Part shown: piece after piece, positions 8,070 to 16,033 of the stretch
How positions within the stretch are numbered: position 1 is the first letter of the stretch
How the letters are laid out: each line of letters starts with the position of its first letter
Assembly (NCBI GenBank): GCA_022561635.1
Contig: JADFQV010000004.1
Location: forward strand, 1-59,650
DNA from: Chloroflexota bacterium
GTDB taxonomy: Bacteria > Chloroflexota > Dehalococcoidia > SM23-28-2 > RBG-16-64-32
Direction of reading: 5' to 3'
Length of the DNA stretch: 59,650 nucleotides
Notes under the pieces: generated by a model
What the model was told of the DNA's origin: nothing
Database searches by the model: none
Seen by the model: only the letters and a program-made list of their open reading frames with translations
Made by a program: the position numbers and the translations under genes

Positions 8070-9884
8070 CTAGACGGAGCATTCACCCTCGCCGCGGATG
8101 ACTTCGAACAGCTCTTCCTTGCCCCAGTCCATGTAGACGTCGATGTCCTCGTGGACCGGGCCCACTTCCTTGAACTCGTCGAAGAGCGAGTCAAACGTCT
8201 TCGCCCCGAGGCGGTCGACGAAGGCGACGAACTCCTCGCCCTCGTTTCGGTTGGCGACGTAGTGGTCGATCATCTTCTTGACGGCCTGCGGCGTGCGCTT
8301 GGACGGCACTCGCGCGACGCGTGTCGCGAACTTGCCGCCGCCGATGTAGTTGCCGCCGCCGAGGAAGATGTCGAAGCAGGGGATCGTAGCACCGTTGGCG
8401 CTGAACGACGATCCCTGGAGGCCGATCGCCGCGAGGTGGTGCTGGGAGCAGCCGTTGGGGCAGCCACTGGCCTTGACGTTGATCGCCTGCACCAGCGGGT
8501 CGTCCTGGTAGCCCCAGTCATTCAACGCCGCCTCGCGGATCGCCTCGCTGACACCGGTCGAGGAGGTGATGCCCATCTTGCAGGAGTCGGTTCCGGGGCA
8601 GCCGACGACATCCGAAAGCAGTCCGGCGTCCGGATCGCCGAAGCCGATCTTCTTGATCTCGGAGTGAAGCGCCGGTAGACCAGCTTCGTGAACCCATCGC
8701 AGCACCAGGTTCTGGTTCTGCTGCGTGCGCGCATTGCCACCGCTAAAGCGACGCATGATGTCGCCGACGGCGCGGAACTGCTCCGGCGAGAGGTTGCCGA
8801 GTGGGATCGTCAGTGTCACAGCGACGTAGCCGGGCTGTGGCTGCTGAACGACGTTCGTCTTTACCCAGCGCTCGAAGTCGGGGCCGGGTTGGACGCTGTT
8901 GGGCGCCGGGCCTGGCGTCGGGCCTTCGGGCGCGAGCTGCTTCAGCGCCGGCATGTCGAGCGGCTCCCAGGCCCACGGCTGTGCCAGCTCTTCGTCGACC
9001 TGGCGGCGGAACTCTTCGATGCCCAGCTTCTTGACGATGAACTTGACGCGGGCCTTGTTCATGTTCTTGCGCAGGAAGTTGGGTATGCCGCCTTCCTTGT
9101 CGAAGACCTTGAGCGCGGCCTCGGCGACGCGGATGTACTGGCCGTCGTCGGCGCGGGCGAACTCCCAGAGAGTCTCAGCTGCGCGCACCATCGTCGAGGT
9201 GCCGCCGCCGACGACGATCTTGAAACCGCGCACTTCCTCGCCGTTCTCCTCCCGAAGGGCGGCGACGAAGCCCATGTCATGGAACGGACTGCCGGCGCAG
9301 TCGATCGGGCCGCAGGAGAATGACGTCTTCCACTTGCGGGGCATGTTCTGGCAGATCGGATTACGGATCATGTTTCTGGCGTAGGCAGCCAGGTACGGCG
9401 TCACGTCGAACAGCTGGTGATCGGTGACGCCAGCATAGGGGCAGCCTGTCACGTTGCGCACGGTGTGCCCGCAGGCCTCCCGCGTCGAGAGTCCGGCTTC
9501 GGCGAGGATGCGCATGACCGTGCTGGCCTGGTCCAGCGGCACGAAGTGGAACTGGATGTTCTCACGAGTGGTGATGTGGCCGCGGCGCATGCCGGAGTGC
9601 TTCTCCGCCACTTCGGCGAGGGCGTCCATCTGCTCCGCGTTGACGCCGCCGTACGGCAGCTTGATGCGCATCATCTGCATGTTTTCCTGGCGCTGGCCGT
9701 AGGTGCCCATGCGCAGGCGGTAGGGGACAAAGTCGGACTCAAGGTCGGGGCTCTTCTGGTAGACCTTGGTCTCGGTGTCGAAGTTGTCGAACTCTTCTTC
9801 GAGCGTGACGAAGACGTGCCCGGCTTTAAGGTCTTTGGGCACCTTCGGATGCGCCTGGAACGTGTCTGGCTCTTGAACAGTCAT
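8070..9884 (-). CDS. sir: Siroheme/[4Fe-4S] sulfite reductase (ferredoxin type)
   Basis: GTYGQRQ, HITTRENIQ, MPRKWK, GCPGTDSC, SGCPNGCSQH; first gene of sir-cysH-sat. Confidence 0.9.
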   Translation of the reverse strand: MTVQEPDTFQAHPKVPKDLKAGHVFVTLEEEFDNFDTETKVYQKSPDLESDFVPYRLRMGTYGQRQENMQMMRIKLPYGGVNAEQMDALAEVAEKHSGMRRGHITTRENIQFHFVPLDQASTVMRILAEAGLSTREACGHTVRNVTGCPYAGVTDHQLFDVTPYLAAYARNMIRNPICQNMPRKWKTSFSCGPIDCAGSPFHDMGFVAALREENGEEVRGFKIVVGGGTSTMVRAAETLWEFARADDGQYIRVAEAALKVFDKEGGIPNFLRKNMNKARVKFIVKKLGIEEFRRQVDEELAQPWAWEPLDMPALKQLAPEGPTPGPAPNSVQPGPDFERWVKTNVVQQPQPGYVAVTLTIPLGNLSPEQFRAVGDIMRRFSGGNARTQQNQNLVLRWVHEAGLPALHSEIKKIGFGDPDAGLLSDVVGCPGTDSCKMGITSSTGVSEAIREAALNDWGYQDDPLVQAINVKASGCPNGCSQHHLAAIGLQGSSFSANGATIPCFDIFLGGGNYIGGGKFATRVARVPSKRTPQAVKKMIDHYVANRNEGEEFVAFVDRLGAKTFDSLFDEFKEVGPVHEDIDVYMDWGKEELFEVIRGEGECSV

Positions 9885-9925
9885 GGCCGTCTCCTTCCGG
9901 TCTGCGGACTCAAGCCTTTGCAGCT

Positions 9926-9950
9926 AAAGTCGAGTATTCCAGTCCGGTAA
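9926..9950. promoter_or_regulatory. Second putative Rrf2 operator, upstream of sir
   Basis: AAAGTCGAGTATTCCAGTCCGGTAA; imperfect dyad resembling IscR type-1 sites; shares 14 bp with 4790-4803. Confidence 0.65.
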
Positions 9951-10028
9951 GTCAAAATTGTATCTGTCGAAGCGCCTGCCTGTCAAACGCCAGAGCCGCT
10001 TCAGCCGCGGAAAATGCGCGTTCGGCCT

Positions 10029-10268
10029 CTATGGCGGGGCGCTGCCGCTGATCCGGTCTTGCAGATACTCGCCGAGGTCGTGCAGGAAGTCGATCGGGTC
10101 GTCGATGGCGTCTTCTGCGCCTTCGCGCAGTTCGACGGCGACGTTGAGGAGGGGCAACAGGGTGTCAGAGAAGTCGGGGAATCGCTCGGCGATGAGTTCC
10201 GGAGCTTCCCCGGCGCTGAGTAGCGCCAGGGCCTCTTCCAAAACGAGCGAAAGCGCCGGATCGTCCAA
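10029..10268 (-). CDS. Small acidic helical hypothetical protein
   Basis: GGGAGGG RBS before TTG; LEEALALLSAG...RFPDFSDTLLPLL. Confidence 0.6.
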   Translation of the reverse strand: MDDPALSLVLEEALALLSAGEAPELIAERFPDFSDTLLPLLNVAVELREGAEDAIDDPIDFLHDLGEYLQDRISGSAPP

Positions 10269-10436
10269 GTGTGAGCCCTCCCGTTTGCCGCAATGACGGG
10301 GTTTCTGGCCGGCGCCACCAATACATCACATTGGCATTGAGACGTCAATACCTGACGATAGGCTGCGCATTACGGGAGTGTTACGCCTTGAGACGATCCG
10401 ACGTCTGTGCGGCCCAGGTAAACGCCGGCGCTTGGT

Positions 10437-10772
10437 CTAGGCACCGCCGGCGACGGCGGGCACGATGCTCACCTCGTCACCGCCGGTGAGAGGCGTGGCG
10501 AGGCCGGCCTGAAAGCGGACGTCCTCACCGTTGATGTAGACGTTGACGAAGCGTCGCAGCTCGCCGCTCTCGTCGCAGAGGCGCTCCTTCATGCCAGGGT
10601 AGCGCGCCTCCAGGGCGTCGATGCACTCGGCCAGCGTCGATCCCTCGCCCGCGACGACGGACTCTTCGCCGGTCAGCTTGCGCAGCGGCATCGGTATGCG
10701 GACGGTGATGGTCAGACCGGCGCTCCCCGTCCCGCCGCCAGCCTCCTGCTCAGGCTCTCGTTGCATCGCCAT
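10437..10772 (-). CDS. MoaD/ThiS-family sulfur carrier ending GG-A
   Basis: VRIPMPLRKLT...RRFVNVYINGEDVRF...EVSIVPAVAGGA. Confidence 0.9.
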   Translation of the reverse strand: MAMQREPEQEAGGGTGSAGLTITVRIPMPLRKLTGEESVVAGEGSTLAECIDALEARYPGMKERLCDESGELRRFVNVYINGEDVRFQAGLATPLTGGDEVSIVPAVAGGA

Positions 10773-10778
10773 ATGTCA

Positions 10779-11021
10779 CTATCCCTCCACAACGTCTTCG
10801 TAGACCGGGTCGACGCGAACGCCCTGTTCCCTGACCCAGTCGAGGCTGCGTTCGATCTCATCCTGATCCCCGTCGAGCTCCAGAATCACCCACCCACGCT
10901 CGTCCGTGACGTCCGCGCGCCGGATGTTGGTGATGACCTTGAAGTCCTTGGCCAGCTTCCAGATGATGGGATCCTTAATCAATTGCTCAACGAAGGTGAA
11001 TTTGGTGCGTACCGTTGCCAT
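10779..11021 (-). CDS. Stand-alone NIL-domain protein
   Basis: ATG at 11021; DPIIWKLAKDFKVITNIRRADV...GWVILELDG...SLDWVREQGVRVDP. Confidence 0.85.
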   Translation of the reverse strand: MATVRTKFTFVEQLIKDPIIWKLAKDFKVITNIRRADVTDERGWVILELDGDQDEIERSLDWVREQGVRVDPVYEDVVEG

Positions 11022-11023
11022 CT

Positions 11024-12280
11024 CTATACCGCTTTCGTCAAGGGCAGCGCGCCCTCGCGTTCTTCGAGCGCCCGCTCGAACGATTCGATGTTGGCCTCTA
11101 CGGTCAGCGCCGGCTTCAGCGCCGGCGCCACGGCTTCCTGCGTCTTCAGACCGGCGCCGGTGATGAAGGCGACGACGACTTCGTCGGGCTCCACACGACC
11201 TTCCCGGACGAGACGGCGGAGGCCGGAGACCACGACACCGCCGGCAGTCTCGGCGAAGATGCCTTCGGTCTCGGCCAGGAGCTGGATGCCCTCGACGATC
11301 TCTTCGTCGGGGACTGCGACGGCCGACCCATTCGTGCTCCTCATCGTTTTTAGAGCGTAGTACCCATCGGCCGGATTGCCAATGGCCAGCGACTTGGCGA
11401 TCGTGTTCGGCTTCTGCGGCCGGATGTTCCACGAGTCGCGACCGTACGCCTCGGCGATCGGCGAGCAGCCGAGGGCCTGGGCGCCGCTCATGCGCGTCGG
11501 GTTCCAGTCGGTCAGACCGAGCCAGGCCAGCTCCTTGATGCCTTTGTATATCTTGGTCAAGAGCGAGCCGCTGGCCATCGGCACGATGCAGTGATCCGGC
11601 GCGCGCCAGCCCAGCTGCTCGCAGACCTCGTGGCCCAGCGTCTTGCTGCCCTCGGCGTAGTACGGCCGGATGTTGATGTTGACGAACGCCCACGGGTACT
11701 TGTCCCCCAGTTCGCTGCACAGGCGGTTGACGTCGTCGTAGCTGCCGTCGACGGCGACCAGCGTCGGCGCGTAGACCGCCGAGCCGATGATCTTGCCCCG
11801 CTCCAGGTCCGAGGGGATGAAGACGCGGGCCTGCATCCCGGCGCGGGCGGCGTGGGCGGCGACGCTGTTCGCCAGGTTGCCCGTCGAGGCGCAGGCCAGG
11901 GTATCGAACTCGAAATCGCGGGCGACGCTGCAGGCGACGGAGACGACGCGATCCTTGAACGACCACGTGGGGTTCACGCAGTCGTTCTTGAGGTAGAGGC
12001 GGCTCAGGCCCAGTTCGCGGCCCAGGTTCGGGGCGCGCAGGAGCGGCGTATAGCCGGTGCCGATGTCGACGGCGTCCTCGGCGTCGACGGGAAGAAGGTC
12101 GGCGTAACGCCACATCGTCGGCGGGCCGGCCTCGATGCGTTCACGGGTGACGTGGCCCGCGAGCGCTGCGTAGTCGTACACGACCTCCAGCGGGCCGAAG
12201 CAGAACTCGCAGACGTTCGAGGGCTCTAGTTGATATTCACGGCCGCATTCGCGGCATTTGAGTTTCTTGGCGACTGACAC
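11024..12280 (-). CDS. Threonine synthase-like PLP enzyme (candidate carrier-dependent homocysteine synthase)
   Basis: GGAGG RBS then GTG 12280; N-terminal CREC/CEFC zinc ribbon, NPTWSFKDR, ASTGN, RPYYAEGSKT, ITGAGLKT. Confidence 0.88.
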   Translation of the reverse strand: MSVAKKLKCRECGREYQLEPSNVCEFCFGPLEVVYDYAALAGHVTRERIEAGPPTMWRYADLLPVDAEDAVDIGTGYTPLLRAPNLGRELGLSRLYLKNDCVNPTWSFKDRVVSVACSVARDFEFDTLACASTGNLANSVAAHAARAGMQARVFIPSDLERGKIIGSAVYAPTLVAVDGSYDDVNRLCSELGDKYPWAFVNINIRPYYAEGSKTLGHEVCEQLGWRAPDHCIVPMASGSLLTKIYKGIKELAWLGLTDWNPTRMSGAQALGCSPIAEAYGRDSWNIRPQKPNTIAKSLAIGNPADGYYALKTMRSTNGSAVAVPDEEIVEGIQLLAETEGIFAETAGGVVVSGLRRLVREGRVEPDEVVVAFITGAGLKTQEAVAPALKPALTVEANIESFERALEEREGALPLTKAV

Positions 12281-12409
12281 GTGGTTCCTCCGGGACGACA
12301 ATCGATGTGGACGTTAGCGCAGGCCCGCGGGCCTCCCGAGCCGCCTGAGGCGGACGGAGGCCCGGGCCATCGCCATCTGTGCCCGGGTCCGCTGTTGTGT
12401 CGTCATACG

Positions 12410-12440
12410 AAAAAAGCCCCCGCGCAGAGCGTAAGGGGCC
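12410..12440 (-). terminator. Intrinsic terminator of the SAM riboswitch expression platform
   Basis: Minus strand: GCCCC...GGGGC stem followed by TTTTTT. Confidence 0.8.
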
Positions 12441-12448
12441 TGGAAAGC

Positions 12449-12550
12449 TCCTCATCGTTCTCCCGTTAGGGAGTCGGCATTGGCACCGTGTCTCGCGGGA
12501 CCGGTTGCCGGGCTTCACAGGGCCGTGCCCTCCACCGCTCTGGATAAGGT
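12449..12550 (-). ncRNA. SAM-I (S-box) riboswitch
   Basis: Minus strand CTTATCCAGAGCGGTGGAGGGCACGGCCCTGTGAAGCCCGGCAACC...GGTGCCAA...GATGAG matches the SAM-I consensus. Confidence 0.96.
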
Positions 12551-12569
12551 CTATTGATTTGTATCCGAA

Positions 12570-12599
12570 ATGCTAACACCGGCACGGAGCAAGCGTCAA
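12570..12599 (-). promoter_or_regulatory. Sigma70-type promoter of the riboswitch operon
   Basis: TTGACG, 18-bp spacer, TAGCAT with extended TG. Confidence 0.6.
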
Positions 12600-12718
12600 C
12601 GAGCGGCGGTAGTCGCTACTGCGTCACGAGCAGCTAGGAGCCGAGGAGCGGGCAGCGACGACCAGGGCGATGGGGCGGCCAAGAGTGGCGCGGCAGCGTA
12701 GAGTGACCGGCCGCTGTG

Positions 12719-13063
12719 CTAGGCGGGGCTCGTCTGCCGGGTGCGCCGCTCGGGCGAGCGCGCGAACTTCTGGACCAGCTCGGCCATGACGGTGTCCAGC
12801 GTGATGCCACTGAGAGTCGGGTGCTTGAATGCGGCCTCGAGGTTCACAGTGTAATGATGGCGGCGGCCTTCGCGGCGGATCTCGAGCATGTCGGCGCGGC
12901 GCAGGTCTCCGATGAGGCCCCAGACTGTGCGCTGCGTGAGCGACATTTCATCGGCGATCTCCCGAATCGTGCAGTCGGGATTGACCGCGATGTAGAAGAG
13001 CACGGCGCCGTGGCTGGACACGACGTACCAGTGGTTCGCTATCGAGTTACCGTGAGTTCCCAT
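12719..13063 (-). CDS. Winged-helix (MarR/AsnC-like) DNA-binding protein
   Basis: SSHGAVLFYIAVNPDCTIREIADEMSLTQRTV...REGRRHHYTV. Confidence 0.8.
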   Translation of the reverse strand: MGTHGNSIANHWYVVSSHGAVLFYIAVNPDCTIREIADEMSLTQRTVWGLIGDLRRADMLEIRREGRRHHYTVNLEAAFKHPTLSGITLDTVMAELVQKFARSPERRTRQTSPA

Positions 13064-13168
13064 AGTTCATCCGTTGTTTCTGGCATCGACCCGTTGAATA
13101 ATTCCGGCTTCCGCCTTCTAGAGATGTCCCAACAGTAGAACAGTAGGGGTCGGCCGCCGTTACAGCGC

Positions 13169-13402
13169 TTAGCGGAGCAGAATCGCCGTGACCCGCTTCT
13201 CGTCAAGCGGGGCCGCGGCCACCTCTTCGCCATCGACGGCGATCACCGGAATGCGCGATCCGTAGAGTTCGTTCGCGCGGGCATCAGCCTCTATGTTTAC
13301 GTACTCGATCTCGAAGTGGGTCTGCCTCTGCAGACGCTTGAGCATCGACGCCGCTTCCTCGCAAAGGCCGCAATCTGCCTTCGTGTAGAGGGTGACTATC
13401 AT
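13169..13402 (-). CDS. Glutaredoxin-like protein (DUF836 type)
   Basis: LYTKADCGLCEEA...YGSRIPVI. Confidence 0.85.
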   Translation of the reverse strand: MIVTLYTKADCGLCEEAASMLKRLQRQTHFEIEYVNIEADARANELYGSRIPVIAVDGEEVAAAPLDEKRVTAILLR

Positions 13403-14289
13403 TCTGTCTGTGGTTCCTCAGCCGGTGCGTCATCAGGCTTCGCCTTTTCTTCGCGAGACGTGCGCCGTTCCCAATCGCGCTCGGCGCGCTCCTCGGCCGG
13501 GGGCGTGCGCAGCAGGTAGATGACCCCGCCGATGCCGATCGGCATCGCGGCTAGGGCGATGACTTGCGCCGTCGTCAGGCCCAGGAGAATCTCATCGTCC
13601 AGGCGCAAGAAGCTGACCCAGAAGCGCAAGAACCCGTATAGGAACAGCCACGCGAAGAACGTGACGCCGGCGCGAGGCACCCTGGTATAGATGACGACGA
13701 GCGCCAGGAATATCAGGAGGTCGCCGATCAGCTCGTAGCCGACCGCCGGGTGTTGCGGTGCCAGCGGGTGCCCGAACGCCGGGCTGTTGGCGTTGGTGTA
13801 GATGATGCCCCAGGGCAGCCCGGTGCTTTCCGCGAAGTGTTCTCCGTTGATGATGTCGCCGAAGCGGCCGATCGCCATGCCCATGGTGGCGCCGATGGCC
13901 CCGATGTCCAGGGCGCGAGTGACGTTGGGCACTTTCGCGAAGTATCCATACGTCAGGCCGCCTATCGCACCGCCGATCAGTGCGCCGTAGATCGAGATGC
14001 CGCCGGCGTTGAGCGAGAATATCTGGCCGATATCGTTCTCGAAGTCGCCCCAGTTTTCGATGACGTAGAGAGTGCGCGCGCCAATAATGCCGCCGATGAC
14101 CAGCGCCAGCGCGGCGTTGTAGATCATGTCTTCCGAATAGCCCATCCGCCGCGCCAGCCAGGCCGCGACAGTGACGCCGGCGATGACGCCGAGCGCCGTG
14201 AAAACGCCGTGCCAGGTGATCTCCAGGCCGGCGATATCGACGAGCGTCGGGTCGATGCCGATTTCGATCGTCAGGATCGCGTTAATCAT
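13399..14289 (-). CDS. lgt: Prolipoprotein diacylglyceryl transferase
   Basis: ITWHG, IGARTLYV, GGISIYG, IGRFGDIINGE, HPAVGYE. Confidence 0.9.
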   Translation of the reverse strand: MINAILTIEIGIDPTLVDIAGLEITWHGVFTALGVIAGVTVAAWLARRMGYSEDMIYNAALALVIGGIIGARTLYVIENWGDFENDIGQIFSLNAGGISIYGALIGGAIGGLTYGYFAKVPNVTRALDIGAIGATMGMAIGRFGDIINGEHFAESTGLPWGIIYTNANSPAFGHPLAPQHPAVGYELIGDLLIFLALVVIYTRVPRAGVTFFAWLFLYGFLRFWVSFLRLDDEILLGLTTAQVIALAAMPIGIGGVIYLLRTPPAEERAERDWERRTSREEKAKPDDAPAEEPQTE

Positions 14290-16033
14290 CGTCCTCTGTT
14301 TCCTCCGCTAACTCCGCGCCCGCCTGCACGGCCAGCCTGCGCATTTCCGATGTGTAGTCTGCCTGTCCGGCGGCCTGCCCCGCCAGGGACGCACCACCGC
14401 GCGTTATCTTAGCCCAGAGCCGCCTCCGCGGCACCCAGAACGTAATCATCAGGCCGATGACGATCGCCGCCGCGCCGATCCAGATCAGATAGTCGGAGCG
14501 ATCACGCCGAACGTCGATGCCGGAGAATTCACGCTGGCCCTCAAACTTGTACTCGTATCCATCGATCAGGAGCGCGCCTCCGGCAGACAGCGTCACCGCC
14601 TGCGAGGTTAGCCCCACGATCGTCAGCTCTGGCTCGCCTCCCCCGCTTGGCGCCTCGACGTTGGTGCCGTCGGATGTCGTGTCGGTACCGAAGATGACGT
14701 TGTTCATCTGCAGGCGAATCGGCTCGCCGGCATCGATCGATTCCGGCAGCGGCAGGTCCAGCGCGAAGCCCGCCGGGATCCGCTCCAGACCGATGTACGA
14801 GAAGACGAGCCCGCCCGACTCTACGCTCTCGCCGGCCGCCAGACGCAGGGTCTCCGGGCTGTCGCCGAGGTCGAAGACGAGCAGTTCATCGCCATCGTCG
14901 GCGTCCTGAGGCAGGAGCAGCGTCAGCACCGTGCCGTCGTCCAGGCGAATGAGACCGCCGTGGAACACCTCGTCGTTGATCTCGAAAGTGTCCGGCAGCA
15001 CCACCGTCTGATCGATCAGCCTGGCGCCGTTCTCGTTGTCGATCCGCAGGTGCGCGGCCGGGCTGCGCATCGCCAGCGCCAGCGTCTCGCGATAGATGAC
15101 GTTGCCGGTCGCCGTGTCGCGTACGACGAGTTCAGCGCCGAAGCCGAAGTAGGCTACCTGATAGAAACGATAGCCGTCATAGCTGCAAGGCGTGTTGACC
15201 GTGGACGAACAGCGCAGCACCTCTTCGCCACCGCGGTAGATCGCCAGGTCAGAGCGGTAGTCCAGCGGCTGCCCGTCCGGGGCGAACTCGGCATACGAGT
15301 CGACGAGCTCGACCTGCATCTGGTTCTCGTGCTTGACCGGGAAGACCGGCAGCGTCGAACCCTCGGCCAGGAAGAGACCAGAAGAGAACGAGTCGACGCG
15401 ACTGACAACAGCGGCGAGGATGAAGACGATCACCGCGGCGTGTGTGAGCAGCGTGCCCAGCTGCGCCATCTGGAAGCGGTCCGCAAAGAGGAAAGTGGCC
15501 TCACCCTCCTGCCAGCGTTCCACCTTGTAGCGGGAGCGGCGGAGGCCAGCCTCCAGTCGCTCGACATCGACAGCGCCCTCGATGCGCAGACGGTGCGGCG
15601 CCTGGTCGAAGTAGCGATCGGGCACGCGCTTGCGCGGGCGCGAGATCGTTGACCAGATGCCAGGGAACCGGCTGACGACGTAGGCCGCCGTCGAAATAAC
15701 GGTGATGGCCAACAGCACGCTGAACCAGCTGGCGTGGAAGATGTCGAAGAGTCCGACGGCGTCCATGGGACTCGTCAGGAAGCCGAATGTGCCCTCCTTC
15801 TCAGCCAGCCACTCGGCCTCGAGGACAGCGTCGCCGCGCACGTTGAGCGGCGTCTGAGCGATCAACACGCCGGCGAGGCTGACAAGCGTGATCGCGACGA
15901 GGAGCACGATGGCGAAGCGGACGTTGGTGAAGAGCCACCAGACCGCGCGCAGCGGGTTGATCAAGCTCAGCGAGCGCGTCCAGCCACTGGCCGAGCGACG
16001 TTTGGGCTCCGAGGCCGCCCTACCCGCCGCCAT
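14282..16033 (-). CDS. resB: Cytochrome c biogenesis protein ResB/Ccs1
   Basis: FAIVLL...DIFHASWF, LLTHAAV (conserved His), VNTPCSYDGYRFYQ, C-terminal TM FWVPRRRLW; ATG 16033 overlaps the upstream stop. Confidence 0.85.
   Translation of the reverse strand: MAAGRAASEPKRRSASGWTRSLSLINPLRAVWWLFTNVRFAIVLLVAITLVSLAGVLIAQTPLNVRGDAVLEAEWLAEKEGTFGFLTSPMDAVGLFDIFHASWFSVLLAITVISTAAYVVSRFPGIWSTISRPRKRVPDRYFDQAPHRLRIEGAVDVERLEAGLRRSRYKVERWQEGEATFLFADRFQMAQLGTLLTHAAVIVFILAAVVSRVDSFSSGLFLAEGSTLPVFPVKHENQMQVELVDSYAEFAPDGQPLDYRSDLAIYRGGEEVLRCSSTVNTPCSYDGYRFYQVAYFGFGAELVVRDTATGNVIYRETLALAMRSPAAHLRIDNENGARLIDQTVVLPDTFEINDEVFHGGLIRLDDGTVLTLLLPQDADDGDELLVFDLGDSPETLRLAAGESVESGGLVFSYIGLERIPAGFALDLPLPESIDAGEPIRLQMNNVIFGTDTTSDGTNVEAPSGGGEPELTIVGLTSQAVTLSAGGALLIDGYEYKFEGQREFSGIDVRRDRSDYLIWIGAAAIVIGLMITFWVPRRRLWAKITRGGASLAGQAAGQADYTSEMRRLAVQAGAELAEETEDDD

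Noticed and set aside
10779-12113. 444-aa ORF overlapping the thrC-like gene, and similarly extended ORFs for asd, nadD, cysK and csoR
   Set aside because: The upstream extensions are Arg/Pro-rich off-frame readings; real starts were reassigned from RBS and domain boundaries
12600-12718. Possible long-range pairing upstream of the riboswitch promoter
   Set aside because: Short interrupted GC-rich stems; indistinguishable from background by eye
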